Origin: Vicinamibacteria bacterium
GTDB lineage: Bacteria; Acidobacteriota; Vicinamibacteria; Marinacidobacterales; Marinacidobacteraceae
Assembly: GCA_965116805.1 (NCBI GenBank)
Contig: OZ220713.1
Location: 532,942-596,941, forward strand
DNA: 64,000 nucleotides
Direction of reading: 5' to 3'
Positions 1-10,590 of this stretch are shown here, piece by piece. The position numbers and the translations under genes were made by a program. Below the pieces are notes generated by a model that made no database searches, was not told the DNA's origin, and saw only the letters and a program-made list of their open reading frames with translations. Position 1 is the stretch's first letter, and every line of letters begins with the position of its first letter.

Positions 1-1034
1 CTCTCGACCTCCAGCAGCCACTCCGGGAGACGCACGTCGAAGACCTCGGCCCCGGCGTCGCGCATCGCATCGAGCGCCGCCTCGATCGCCCAGTCCACCT
101 CGCGGTCCGTGCCCATGAAGTCCCGGGCCACGCCCAGACGCGCCCCGGACAGCGCCTCCGCGTCGAGGAACTGCGTGTAGTCGCCGTGGAACTGCCCGGC
201 GCTCCTCGCCGTCGCCGCATCCGCCTCGTCGACGCCCACCATCGTTCCGAGCGAGACCGCCACGTCATACACGCTGCGCGCCATCGGTCCACCGGTGTCG
301 AAGGAGAGCGCCAGGGGCACGATGCCGTCGCGGCTCAGGAGCCCGAGCGTCGGTTTGAGGCCCGCCAGCCCGTTCGCCGTGGAGGGGCCGCGGATCGAGC
401 CCCCGGTGTCCGAACCCAGCCCGACAAAGCCGTACGCCGCCGCCACCGCGGCGCCGGTGCCGCCGGAGGAACCGGCCGGGGTGCGGGTGGGATCGTGCGG
501 GTTCCGGGTGACTCCGCCGAGCGAACTCATGGCGCCCCCGGAGGCGAACTCGCTCAGGTTCACCTTGGCCAGCACGATCGCGCCGGCCTCCCGCAGCTTC
601 CGCACCACGAAGGCATCGTCCGGGGGCCGCGAATCCTGCAGCAGGAAGGACCCCGCGGTGGTGGGAATGTCCGCGGTGTCGAAGTTGTCCTTGAGGAGGA
701 CCGGGATCCCGTGCAGCGGGGAGCGGCGCCCGGACCGCTCCCGCTCCGCGTCCATTTCCCGGGCCCGCTGCCGGGCGTTCGGATTCACCGAGATGACGGC
801 GTTGATCCGCGGCCCCTGATCGTCGTAGGCCGCGATCCGCGCCAGGCACAGCTCGACGAGCCGCTCGGCGGTCAGGACGCCGGCATCCACCGCCTCGTTG
901 ATCTCGGCGATCGTGGCGGTGGTGAGATCGATCTCGCGGGACTGCGCGGCATCGCTGCGGGCGGCAAACGACAGGGCCAGGGCGGCAAGCGCCCCGCCCA
1001 GGAGGACGGTGGAGAACGGCAGGGGATGACGCAT
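1..1034 (-). CDS. Amidase signature family protein with signal peptide (3' end runs off the window)
   Basis: Manual translation: MRHPLPFSTVLLGG..., LHGIPVLLKDNFDT, GKVNLSEFA, PAGSSGGTGAAVAAAYGFVGLGSDTGGSIRGPS (amidase signature). Confidence 0.9.
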   Translation of the reverse strand, partial: MRHPLPFSTVLLGGALAALALSFAARSDAAQSREIDLTTATIAEINEAVDAGVLTAERLVELCLARIAAYDDQGPRINAVISVNPNARQRAREMDAERERSGRRSPLHGIPVLLKDNFDTADIPTTAGSFLLQDSRPPDDAFVVRKLREAGAIVLAKVNLSEFASGGAMSSLGGVTRNPHDPTRTPAGSSGGTGAAVAAAYGFVGLGSDTGGSIRGPSTANGLAGLKPTLGLLSRDGIVPLALSFDTGGPMARSVYDVAVSLGTMVGVDEADAATARSAGQFHGDYTQFLDAEALSGARLGVARDFMGTDREVDWAIEAALDAMRDAGAEVFDVRLPEWLLEVE

Positions 1035-1102
1035 CGCGCCATCGTATCCGCCGGGTCGGTCCGGGTGGAACGCGGGGAAGCGAACCGCTTGGCGGGTCAA
1101 CG

Positions 1103-1176
1103 TCGCGCCGTGCGCGGCGCACCAGTTCTCCCGGTGGGGGGGCGCCGGGTGTGCCGGCCTGAAGGCCGGCGGTCCC
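1103..1176. repeat. REP-like palindromic element between convergent/adjacent genes
   Basis: GCCGGCCTGAAGGCCGGCGGTCCC hairpin; upstream flank nearly identical to 26822-26893. Confidence 0.7.
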
Positions 1177-1188
1177 GCCGGCGCCCGG

Positions 1189-2223
1189 TCAGTTCGCGGA
1201 GACGCGGAGGCGCGGATCCTGGCGGAGCCGGGTGAGCGCTTCCGCCTCGAGCTGCCGCACCCGCTCCCGGGTGAGGTGAAGCTCGCGCCCGATCTCCTCC
1301 AGGTTGGCTTCCGGCCCGCCCAGAATGCCGAAGCGGCGCTTGAGCACGTGCTGCAGCCGGTCGGGGAGGTCCGAAATGGCATCCCGCACGTGCCGGCGCT
1401 GCTCGGCGTCGGTGACGCCTTCGATCGGGTTCAACTGGTCCGGATCGGGAGTCAGCTGGATCCGCGGGGTCCCGTCGGGAACCAGCGGCGCATCGAGCGA
1501 GTCGATCTGCGGCACCGAACGGAGCGCGTCGCGCAGCCTCTCCGGCGCCACGCCGATTTCGCGAGCGACGTCGTCGGTGGACGGGAACTGACCCTTGCCG
1601 CGGCGCGCCGGATCGTTCCGGTACCGCTGCTCGAGTTCCGCCCTGACCTTGGACGCCTTGCGATGGAGGTCCAGCTTGTTGATCGGGACCTTGATGGTGC
1701 GGGACTTCTGCGAGAGCGCGCGCCAGATCGCCTGGCGGATCCACCACGTGGCGTAGGTGGAGAACTTGAGGTTCCGCTCGGGCTCGAACTTGCGAACCGC
1801 CTGCATCAGTCCGATGTTGCCTTCCTGAATGAGATCGCCGAGCGGGAGTCCCTTTCCCCGGGACTGCTTGGCGATGGAGATGACGAGGCGCAGGTTCCCC
1901 TCGATCATCTTCTCGCGGTTCTTGTAGAAGGCCGCGAGGTCCTGGTTCGAAGGATCGTCGGAGTTCTCGATGTCCTGCCAGGCCCTCTGCATGGCCCGGC
2001 TGTAGCGCTGCTCGTCGTTCTTGGTGAGCAGGCGGTGCCGGTGCGTGTCGCGCAGATAGAGCCCCATCGAATCCAGATCACCGGTCTGGTGAGTGTCGGG
2101 AGCGAGACCGAGCTCGGTCGCCGCGGCTGCCTCGTCCTCAGCGGACTCTTCCTCTTCTTCCTCGAGCTCGAACCTCTCGTCGACAAACTCGATGGTTTCG
2201 TATTCCGTACTCGTAGGGTCCAT
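1189..2223 (-). CDS. RNA polymerase sigma-70 factor, RpoD/RpoS-like (group 2 type, no region 1.1)
   Basis: DSMGLYL (region 1.2), [62 protein letters not shown]. Confidence 0.93.
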   Translation of the reverse strand: MDPTSTEYETIEFVDERFELEEEEEESAEDEAAAATELGLAPDTHQTGDLDSMGLYLRDTHRHRLLTKNDEQRYSRAMQRAWQDIENSDDPSNQDLAAFYKNREKMIEGNLRLVISIAKQSRGKGLPLGDLIQEGNIGLMQAVRKFEPERNLKFSTYATWWIRQAIWRALSQKSRTIKVPINKLDLHRKASKVRAELEQRYRNDPARRGKGQFPSTDDVAREIGVAPERLRDALRSVPQIDSLDAPLVPDGTPRIQLTPDPDQLNPIEGVTDAEQRRHVRDAISDLPDRLQHVLKRRFGILGGPEANLEEIGRELHLTRERVRQLEAEALTRLRQDPRLRVSAN

Positions 2224-2465
2224 AACGCCCTCCAGATATCTCCTTGTTGGCCTACTTCGTGTCTATTGGGTGATAAGCACGCAGCGTGCCATCCTCACTG
2301 CTCCGACCGCTCCGTCTCCGAGCGGCACTTCCGGTCACCTCTCGACGAGGTGACTCACTCCTCCTCACCCATGGGTAAAGGAATAACGCCGCACCCGAAC
2401 CAAGGGTTCCCTTCCCCGCGGACGGGACCTCGAATCGCCCCGGCCGGACGATTCAGCCCGACGTT

Positions 2466-3224
2466 TCAGTCGAACCGGCAGTCCGACTGAGGCGGCTCGG
2501 AGAGCGGCAGGCGCACGATGCTGGCGCTGGACTTCAACTCGTCCACCCAGGCGGAAATCCGCCGGTTCAGATCGCGCTGTTCAAGTATATTCCGAATCAG
2601 GCTCTCCACTTCAACCAAACTTGCGGGCGAGCCGGCGTCCAGGTCCGGGAGCAGCACGGTCCGGTAGTACTCCTCGACGTCCCGCTGGGCCACCTGCACC
2701 AGCGGCCGGAAACGACGATCCACGTAGCGGTCCACGATCAGCTCCCGCTGGATGCGCTTGCGCAGGTAGTCCTCGGCGACGCCGAGGCGCCGCAGCGTGG
2801 CGCGATAGTCCTCCGGGGTCGCGAACCGGTCCATGAGCGCCCGCAGCGTCGCCTCGCTCTCCTCTTCCGACGGCGGCTCCTGGAGGTACCGGCGGGCCTC
2901 GTGCTCCATGAGCCTCGCGTCGATGAGGCGCTCCAGCGCGTCACCGACGGTCGGGGGCGGCGTCGCCCCCGGCATCAGGGCGATCGCCTCCAGGACCTCC
3001 GAGTAGGTGATCGGTTCGCCGTTCACGACCGCGAGTACCCGGTCGACCCGCGCGGCGTCCGCTCCCGGCTGCACCTGTCCGGGCGCGCCCGGGCCACCGT
3101 CTCCCAGGACCACCGGAACGGGACCAGGCACCAGGAACGCCCCCAGCAGGAGGCGGGCAGGCCACCGGGAGCGGCGCGGGAAGGAGCTCAGGCGCCCCGC
3201 CGCGACTCGGCCGTGTCTGCGCAC
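2466..3224 (-). CDS. SurA N-terminal domain chaperone-like protein (start uncertain)
   Basis: C-terminal part of ORF 2466..4967: VDRVLAVVNGEPITYSEV...LERLID...WVDELKSSASI; lies downstream of the BamA/TamA gene. Confidence 0.8.
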   Translation of the reverse strand: MRRHGRVAAGRLSSFPRRSRWPARLLLGAFLVPGPVPVVLGDGGPGAPGQVQPGADAARVDRVLAVVNGEPITYSEVLEAIALMPGATPPPTVGDALERLIDARLMEHEARRYLQEPPSEEESEATLRALMDRFATPEDYRATLRRLGVAEDYLRKRIQRELIVDRYVDRRFRPLVQVAQRDVEEYYRTVLLPDLDAGSPASLVEVESLIRNILEQRDLNRRISAWVDELKSSASIVRLPLSEPPQSDCRFD

Positions 3225-3361
3225 GGGGACAGTCTGGCACAGCCGGGGCCGATTGCCGGTTTCCGCGCGAGGGACGGGGGCCGCTCGTTCCGCGTGGCGT
3301 CGCGCCGGGCGCGGCGCTGTGGCGCAGCGCGTGCCGGTCTGGAACCCGGCGTGCCAGGCCG

Positions 3362-6151
3362 CTAGAACGCGTGGCCGATGGTGAAGTGCCACTGGCCCCG
3401 CGGGGCGTCGCCGATATCGCCCAGCCGGACTCCGTAGTCGAACCGGAGCGGTCCCAGCGGCGTGTTCCAGCGCAGCCCGGCGCCGACGTTGTGCCCCAGG
3501 TCCGGCAGGCGGAACGAACTGACCTCGCTGTAGACCCCGCCGTGATCCGAGAACACGGCGCCGCGGAGGCTTCCCACAATGGGGAACCGGACCTCGATGT
3601 TTCCCACGATGAGCATGTTCCCGCCGACCGGGTATCCGCTCGGATCGAGCGGTCCCGCGCGGTCCAGCTTGTAGCCGCGAAGGCTGGTGGCGCCACCGGC
3701 GAAGAACCGCTCGGTGATCGGCACCAGGGCCGGCTCGTCCGCCCCCAGCGTCCACGCGAGGCCGAGCCGCCCGCTGACGGCGAGGACGACCGCTTCGCCG
3801 ACGGGGAAGAACAGGTACTGCTGCCCCAGGCCCTTCACGAACGGCGCCCGGGATCTGAGGAGCGCCGACGACCACTCCACGTCCACGAGTCCGAAACGGC
3901 CCCGGCGGGGATCCACCGGATCGTCGCGGGTGTCCGTGACCACCGAGGCCGAGGCGGCCGAGAGCCAGAGGTTGTCGGCGAAGTTCCGATCGATCTGGAT
4001 CGGGTTGATCTTCAGGTTGAACAGCTCGCTGGTGGTCAGGTCGTAGCGCAGGAACACGTTGCGCCCCAGGATCCTGCGGGTCACCTGGACGCCGATGCCG
4101 GAGCGGATGAAGTCGAGACTCTCCCGGTCCTGCGACTCCCGGAACGCGCTCACGAAGATGGGAATCTCGCCCTCGACGCTCTCCGCCCCCCGGTAGGTGG
4201 CCACCATGCGCGTGCCCTTGAGCGAGAAACGGCCGAACAGGCTCAGGGTGTGGCCCATCCCGAAGAGGTTGTTCCGGGTCCATTCGCCCTCTCCCCGAAC
4301 CTGCTCGCGCTCGCTGTAGCCGGCGCCGTAGCCGATGCTGGTGCGGGGGCCCTCCACCACCCGGATCAGCACGTTCCGTTCGCTGATCGGTTCCTCGGGT
4401 TCCAGCAGGTTCACGTCCACGCTGCGGAAAATCCCCATGGACACGAGGCGCCGGCGCACTTCCAGCAGGTCGCCGCTCCCGAGCGCCTCCCCCTCCGCAA
4501 AGGGGAGACGGGAGCGGATCACCGAGTCCCGCGTGGTGTCGAGGCCCGCGACGATGATGCCCCCGACCGTGAAGTAGCTCCCGGGGCGGATCCGGAAGAC
4601 GACCTCCGCCTCGTGAGTGACCGGGTCCACCGGGGCCTCGACCTCCACCAGCGCCTCGAGGTACCCCCGGTTCCGATGAAACGTCTCCAGGTCCTCGCGG
4701 GCATTCACGATTCCTTCGGCCACGTACGGCGAACCGGGCGCCAGGGCCGCCACTTCGGCCAGCTCGGCGTCGGTGAACGCGGCGCTCCCCTCGAAGCGCA
4801 CCGCCGCGACGGAAGCGAGCGGACCCGGCTCGATCCGCACCCGGAGATCGATCGGAACGCCGTCCTCCGCCGGCTCCCCGGGCCGGGGCGGGAGCGGCGC
4901 CACCTCGGCCTGGAAGTACCCCAGGCCGCGGAGCGTCCGGCGCAGACTGTCGGTCAGCGCCCGCCACTCCTCTTCGCGGTAGGGGCGGCCGGGCCGGAGC
5001 GGCAACAGGACCTCGGCGACGGTGTCCGCCTCCTCGGGGGGCGCCCCCTCCGAGGAGACGGCGCCGACGACGTAGCGAGGGCCCGGGTCAGCGGAGAACC
5101 GGAAGGTCCGGTGTCCGCCGCCGGCGCTCTCGACGCTCTCCACCGTGACGGCGCCGTCCCGCCGTCCCTCGCGCCGGAGTTCGTCGAGGAGCTCCTGCCT
5201 GGCCGCCTCGATCGCATCGAGCGTCAGGGTCTGTCCGGAAAGCCCGTCCACGACTCCCTGGGCGTCTCCCTGGGAAGCACCGAACCCCTGCACCTCCAGG
5301 GTTACTTCGGGGCCGCGGTCCACCGACAGCTGGACCTCGACATCCCCCGCGCCGGTCGGCCGCCAGTCGAGGCTTGCCGTGGCGAACAGGAACCCGCGAT
5401 CGCGGAGCCTCTCCTCCACCTCCGGCAGCCGCCCCGTGACGTCCGTTTCGATCCACGGATCGTTCCGTGAGATCCCCAGCGCGGAGACGAGGTCGCGGCC
5501 CAGTGCATCCTCCACCCCGAGGACCTCGATCGAGGCCACCCGCGCCCGCTCGGCGGCGGCGACCACCACCTCGAGCAGCGCGTCCCGCCCGTCCGGAACA
5601 CTCCGGATACTCACCTCCGCGCTCACGTAGCCGCGCGAGCGAAGCCAGTTCTCGCCGCTCTCGGCACGGACCGGCAGATCGTCCGGGACGGGCTCCCCCA
5701 CCTCGAGACCGAGCGTCGCGATCAGGTTCAGGTCCTCGCCGGGGGGAGCGCCCTCGACGCTCAGACGGGCGATGCCGGGGATGGGGTCGAGTTCGAAGAC
5801 GAGCCGCAGGTCCCCGCCCGGCGCTTCCTCCGACCGCACCCGGACGTCGCGGAAACGGCCGAGCGCGAACACCTGCTTGACCGACTGACGCACCACGAGC
5901 GGACGGAAGCGGGTTCCGGGACGTACCGAAATCAGGCGGGAGACCTCGTCGGGGACCGGTTCGGTGCTCCCGTCCGCCCAGCGGACGACGACCGAATCCA
6001 CCCGCCGCGACAGCGGATCTTCGGGTTGACCGGTCGCGGTCTGCCCGCCGACGGCGGGTATCGCCGAGACCCCCAACACGACGCCGGCAAGCAGAACCAC
6101 TCGCTTCCGCGTCAGAGCCGCCCAAGGACTCGCGCGGGGCACTTTCACCAC
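3362..6151 (-). CDS. BamA/TamA (Omp85) family outer membrane assembly factor
   Basis: POTRA-like repeats, ERFFAGGATSLRGY, GAGLRWNTPLGPLRFDYG, C-terminal FTIGHAF. Confidence 0.92.
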   Translation of the reverse strand: MVKVPRASPWAALTRKRVVLLAGVVLGVSAIPAVGGQTATGQPEDPLSRRVDSVVVRWADGSTEPVPDEVSRLISVRPGTRFRPLVVRQSVKQVFALGRFRDVRVRSEEAPGGDLRLVFELDPIPGIARLSVEGAPPGEDLNLIATLGLEVGEPVPDDLPVRAESGENWLRSRGYVSAEVSIRSVPDGRDALLEVVVAAAERARVASIEVLGVEDALGRDLVSALGISRNDPWIETDVTGRLPEVEERLRDRGFLFATASLDWRPTGAGDVEVQLSVDRGPEVTLEVQGFGASQGDAQGVVDGLSGQTLTLDAIEAARQELLDELRREGRRDGAVTVESVESAGGGHRTFRFSADPGPRYVVGAVSSEGAPPEEADTVAEVLLPLRPGRPYREEEWRALTDSLRRTLRGLGYFQAEVAPLPPRPGEPAEDGVPIDLRVRIEPGPLASVAAVRFEGSAAFTDAELAEVAALAPGSPYVAEGIVNAREDLETFHRNRGYLEALVEVEAPVDPVTHEAEVVFRIRPGSYFTVGGIIVAGLDTTRDSVIRSRLPFAEGEALGSGDLLEVRRRLVSMGIFRSVDVNLLEPEEPISERNVLIRVVEGPRTSIGYGAGYSEREQVRGEGEWTRNNLFGMGHTLSLFGRFSLKGTRMVATYRGAESVEGEIPIFVSAFRESQDRESLDFIRSGIGVQVTRRILGRNVFLRYDLTTSELFNLKINPIQIDRNFADNLWLSAASASVVTDTRDDPVDPRRGRFGLVDVEWSSALLRSRAPFVKGLGQQYLFFPVGEAVVLAVSGRLGLAWTLGADEPALVPITERFFAGGATSLRGYKLDRAGPLDPSGYPVGGNMLIVGNIEVRFPIVGSLRGAVFSDHGGVYSEVSSFRLPDLGHNVGAGLRWNTPLGPLRFDYGVRLGDIGDAPRGQWHFTIGHAF

Positions 6152-6157
6152 GGGATG

Positions 6158-9100
6158 TCAAAAACTCCGGTGGAAGCGGACGTCCACCCCCAGCGAGCCG
6201 TCCTGATCCCGGGAGAAGATCCAGGAGACGGGGCCGGTCGGGGTGTACTCGACCACGATGATGGACTCCTCGGCGTCCGACAGGCTCGAGGAGTAGCGGA
6301 CGTTGAGGTCCCGGGTGACCTGCTTGCCGAGCGTGACCCGCGCGGTCGGGTTGCTGAAGCGCCCGATCATGAAGGGATCGATGCTCACCCGGTCGATCCC
6401 GAACACCCGGCCGGCGCGCCGTCCGATCATGTTGCTGAGCTGCTGGCTCAACAGGCTCGCCGCCGAGGCCGCCGCGAGTTCGTCGTCGCTCGCCGCCGTC
6501 AGGAGGTCCTGCTCCGGGGCGCCGGCGAGGAGTCTGAGGATGTCGGCCTCCCGCAGCGGCGGCTCGGAACTCAGGTTCGCGTCGATCTGCTCCGCGGTTC
6601 CCGTCGCGGCGAGCCGCACCCGGTAGCTGCGGACGCTGGTCTCCGCCTCGATCTCGAACACCGGCTGGATCCCCTCGGGGTCGATGAAGTCAGCCCGGCC
6701 GGCGACGATCTGGAAGCGATGCGCGCCGAAGTACACCTCTCCCCCGACCAGGTCGGCGCGGCCCAGCACCGCGGGGGATCCGGCCGTCCCGCGAAGGCCG
6801 AAGTCCGCCGCGGCATCGAGCTGGAAGATGGAGTTCCGGACCGCGAAGGGAGAGTCCGTCTCCACCTCGACGTCCATCCGCAGCTCGTCCAGGAACCCGC
6901 TCGACTCGGTTTCCTCGGAGCGCGCGACGCTGTTGACGTCGGCGAGGATGCTGGCGAAGAACTCGTATTCGCGGCTCCAGACCGCCTGATCGAGGATCAC
7001 CTCGCCGGTCAGCAGGCGGCCGCTCTGATCGCCCAGAAGCCGCAGATCGGCATCCACGGTCGCGCTCAGGTCACTCGGATAGCGGAAGCTGGAGCCGGTG
7101 AGCTGGACGCGCAGGTCGGTGGCGGCGAACTCCGCGTCCTCGACCGAGATCGAGCCCGATACGACGGCGTCGCCGCCGCCCATGCGGCCGATGACTTCCG
7201 CGATCCGCAGCGTCCGCTGGTCGAAGTCGACGGTGCCCTCCACGTCGCTCAGGGCGTGCGGAAACCCCTCGACCCGGAAGGAGCCGCCCCGGATCGTCCC
7301 GGTGCCGAGGACCTCCGGCTCGGTCCAGGGACCGACCACCGCGGCCTCGAGACCGAACTCGCCGTCCGCGGCGAGCCAGGGCACGAAGGGCGCGGTGGCG
7401 AGCAGGGACGTCTGCCCGAGGAGCGAGAGGTCGAGAAGCTCGTCGTCCAGTCCGATGGACCCCGCGAGCGCCAGTTGGCTGTCGGCGTGCAGGAGACGGA
7501 GACCCTCGACGTGCACCCGCGCGTCCTCCAGGCGAACCGTCGTCGGACCACCCGTTTCGGCGACGAAATCCGGCGCCGTGATCTTCAGGCTCTCGAGAGT
7601 CGCCGTGCCGGTCATCCATTCGTCGAGCGGATCCTCGATGTGGAAGTCTCCGGACCCGCCGACCACGACCTGAAACCCGCGCTCGGCCGGCGCGTCGAAC
7701 AGGATCGGGGCGACGTCGACCTCCCGGAGCGTGACGGTACCGGCGCCGTCGGTGCCGAGCGGGACCCGTCCCTGCATCCGGAAGGACGCGGCGCCCGAAT
7801 CGAGGGCCCCGCTGCCCTCGAAGTCCTCGCCGTGGACGGACCCCCGGATGTCGCCCGGGCCGAGGGACAGGCCGAGGACCGCGGCATCCGGCACCCGGGC
7901 CTCGAGCAGGAGTTCCGGCACCAGCAGATCTCCGCCGACTTCGAGGCGGAAGTCGGAGCGGATGGAAATCCACTCGGGCGCCAGACCGGGCGTCAGGGGG
8001 TAGTCGCTGCCGGTGACCTGGCCCTCCATCTCCCAGTCCACGAGGCCGATGTCGAGGGCCCCTTCGGCAGTACCCTCGCGGAACACGCCGCTCATGGGAG
8101 CCAGCCGGGCCGTGTCGCCATCCATGTCCCAGGTGATGGCCACTTCGTCGAAGGGCTGCTCGAGGACGTGCCCGTCGGAGCCGACCACGGATCCGCCTCC
8201 GGTGTAGCGCTCATCCCGCCGCACGGTGTGGCTGCGGCCGGTGGTGGTCCCGTCCGCCTCGAGGTCCCACTCGAGGAAATCGATGATCTCCCGGGCGTCC
8301 CATGCCTCCCAGTCGGCGTCGAACGCCATGTCCGGATACTCGACCGCGGCGCGGTCGAAGACTCCGGAGGCGGAGATCGTTCCTCCGCCGAACCGCGCGT
8401 TCAGGCTGTCGAGAAAGATCGCGTCGCGTTCGATCCTCCCGGCCGCGATCAGCGTCTCCGTGTGGATCGTGGAGAAGCGCATCATCTGACCCTCGACCTC
8501 TCCCTCGAGCACCAGATCGGGCCAGCGGCCGCGGACGATGCCCTCGAACCCGCCGGCGCCGGAAACGTCCCAGAAGGTCGTCTCGGGATCTTCCCCGAAG
8601 AGCACCCGGCGCAGCTCCTGCTGCATGGCGTCGGCCTCCGCTGACTCGCCCGCCAGCGCGGTCGCCGCGATGCTGGCGTTCCCGGTTCGCGGATAGCGGC
8701 CTTCGAGGGAGCCGCGGAAGGCCTCGCCTTCCAGCACGACGCGGTGGATGTCGGTTGCGGTGTCATCCATGCGCAGGTCGGTCTCGAAGCCGAGCGGCAA
8801 CTCCCCGGGTCCCGTCTCGTCCGGCATGAGTCCGGTGGCCTGGATCGTCCCGGTCATCAGCCCCGGGTCGGCGAAGGGCATCCGCAGGTCCGCGTCGAGC
8901 GTCACCTGCGAACGGATCGCGGTGGGCATTCCGAAGACTCCCTCGAGGGCGGGCGCCAGCGCTCCGTCGCGGACGCTGAGCAGGATTTCCGCCGGGTTCT
9001 CCTCCCGGGGCTGCACCTGGAGCAGCCGCAGGGTGGCCGGCCCCTCCGACGCGAGTCCGCGCGAGGAGAGGATTTCGACGCGCTCGGGATCCCAGTGCAC

Positions 9101-10072
9101 GACGCCCGTCCAGTCCCGGAGGGGCACGCCGAAGAACCGGCTCCGCGGCAAGGCGAAGTCGCCGTCGATCGCCAGGCCGTTTTCCTGAAACCCCGCCGTT
9201 CCCTCGAACTCGAGCCAGGGGTCCCCCTCGGTGTCCATTCCCTCGAACTCGAACAGGAAGCGGCCCAGACGGCCGGCGTCCCCGCCGCCGACCATCCGCA
9301 GGCGGCCGTCGAGATCGTTGGCCATGTCCATGGTGCCGTCGAAGCGCACCTCGAGCAGGTCGGAGCGGAGCTCGAGGAAGTCGAAATGGAGGTCGTTCCC
9401 CCGGATCCGGAAGTCCGACGAGAGCGCCATCGGAAGGTCCGGCCGCTCCCAGAGGCGGATCACGCCCCAGCCGGACCGGATCTCGCCGTCCACGCCTCCC
9501 TCGGCGGCGGCCTGGAGGCTGAAGGCGACGTCGTCGGCGCGGACCTCCCACGGCGTCGGCCGGTTCCGGTAGCCGATCGTGGTTCCGGACACCGAGATCC
9601 GGTTCGAGGAGAACGACAGCCGGGCGGCCATCGCCTCGATGGCCGGTCCCAGGGGGGCGGACTCGGGTCGCGGTTTTCCGCCGTCGTCGAGACCCCACAG
9701 GCCCACCCCCTCGATGTCGAGGCTCTCGAGGTGGAGGCGCGCCGGGAAGAACGACCGCCAGCTCAGGCTGCCGCGGATCCGGTCGATCGAAAAGGCCGGC
9801 GGCGGCGGACCGATGTCGGTGGGCTCCCTCCCGAGCTGGAGTCCGCGAAGGACGAACTCGCCCTCGCGAACCGAGAACTCGAAGCCGCTCGCCGCGACCG
9901 GGCGGCCGAGGACGGCGCTGAGCCGGCCGGTGACGTAGGCGCCGAGACGCTGCGGATCCAGGCTCGACACCACCCAGAGGATCACCCCGAGGGACACCGC
10001 CGAGGCGGCGGCGGCGCCCGCCAGTACCAGCCAGAACCGGCGGTTTCGGCGGTTCGGAGCGGGAGCAGTCAC
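6158..10072 (-). CDS. tamB: Translocation/assembly module TamB (DUF490) protein
   Basis: 1304 aa, N-terminal TM anchor, beta-taco-like repeats, C-terminal LSSEPPLREADILRLL...TLGKQVT; adjacent to an Omp85 gene. Confidence 0.85.
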   Translation of the reverse strand: MTAPAPNRRNRRFWLVLAGAAAASAVSLGVILWVVSSLDPQRLGAYVTGRLSAVLGRPVAASGFEFSVREGEFVLRGLQLGREPTDIGPPPPAFSIDRIRGSLSWRSFFPARLHLESLDIEGVGLWGLDDGGKPRPESAPLGPAIEAMAARLSFSSNRISVSGTTIGYRNRPTPWEVRADDVAFSLQAAAEGGVDGEIRSGWGVIRLWERPDLPMALSSDFRIRGNDLHFDFLELRSDLLEVRFDGTMDMANDLDGRLRMVGGGDAGRLGRFLFEFEGMDTEGDPWLEFEGTAGFQENGLAIDGDFALPRSRFFGVPLRDWTGVVHWDPERVEILSSRGLASEGPATLRLLQVQPREENPAEILLSVRDGALAPALEGVFGMPTAIRSQVTLDADLRMPFADPGLMTGTIQATGLMPDETGPGELPLGFETDLRMDDTATDIHRVVLEGEAFRGSLEGRYPRTGNASIAATALAGESAEADAMQQELRRVLFGEDPETTFWDVSGAGGFEGIVRGRWPDLVLEGEVEGQMMRFSTIHTETLIAAGRIERDAIFLDSLNARFGGGTISASGVFDRAAVEYPDMAFDADWEAWDAREIIDFLEWDLEADGTTTGRSHTVRRDERYTGGGSVVGSDGHVLEQPFDEVAITWDMDGDTARLAPMSGVFREGTAEGALDIGLVDWEMEGQVTGSDYPLTPGLAPEWISIRSDFRLEVGGDLLVPELLLEARVPDAAVLGLSLGPGDIRGSVHGEDFEGSGALDSGAASFRMQGRVPLGTDGAGTVTLREVDVAPILFDAPAERGFQVVVGGSGDFHIEDPLDEWMTGTATLESLKITAPDFVAETGGPTTVRLEDARVHVEGLRLLHADSQLALAGSIGLDDELLDLSLLGQTSLLATAPFVPWLAADGEFGLEAAVVGPWTEPEVLGTGTIRGGSFRVEGFPHALSDVEGTVDFDQRTLRIAEVIGRMGGGDAVVSGSISVEDAEFAATDLRVQLTGSSFRYPSDLSATVDADLRLLGDQSGRLLTGEVILDQAVWSREYEFFASILADVNSVARSEETESSGFLDELRMDVEVETDSPFAVRNSIFQLDAAADFGLRGTAGSPAVLGRADLVGGEVYFGAHRFQIVAGRADFIDPEGIQPVFEIEAETSVRSYRVRLAATGTAEQIDANLSSEPPLREADILRLLAGAPEQDLLTAASDDELAAASAASLLSQQLSNMIGRRAGRVFGIDRVSIDPFMIGRFSNPTARVTLGKQVTRDLNVRYSSSLSDAEESIIVVEYTPTGPVSWIFSRDQDGSLGVDVRFHRSF

Positions 10073-10590
10073 GCAGATTCCGCGGGCTCCACGGCGAACA
10101 GGAGTTCGCCGCCCTCCATGGGAGTCCCCCGGGCAGCCCTCATGTTAGCGATGACCCCGCTCGCCGGGGCCCGGATCTCGTTCTGCATCTTCATCGCTTC
10201 GAACACCAGCACCCCGTCGCCGGCGGCGACCTGCTCTCCCTCTTCCCGCAGGAGGCGTACCACCTTGCCCGGCATCGGGGTGCGCACTTCGGAGCGTCCG
10301 CCCGCCGTCCCGCCGGCCGCCGAGCCGCTCCGCCGGGAACCGCCGGACGCGCCCCGGTCCGCCGCGAACCGGTAGGTGTGTCCGGCGATCTGGACCACCA
10401 GTTCTCCGTTCCGCTCGCCGGCAACGCCGGCCTCGACCGTGCGGCGGCCGTTCGTGATCGTCCAGCCGCCGGGCGTCTCGCGCGCGATCAGCTCTCCGCC
10501 ATCCCCCTCGATGCCGACCCTCAGGACGCCGTCCGCCGCCCGCACCTCGACCCGGCGGTCCTTGCCGTCGAGGGACAGGGTGCGCCGCAC
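10069..10590 (-). CDS. Biotin carboxyl carrier protein
   Basis: PMPGKVV...EAMKMQNEI biotinylation motif; GTG start overlaps the upstream stop. Confidence 0.9.
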   Translation of the reverse strand: MRRTLSLDGKDRRVEVRAADGVLRVGIEGDGGELIARETPGGWTITNGRRTVEAGVAGERNGELVVQIAGHTYRFAADRGASGGSRRSGSAAGGTAGGRSEVRTPMPGKVVRLLREEGEQVAAGDGVLVFEAMKMQNEIRAPASGVIANMRAARGTPMEGGELLFAVEPAESA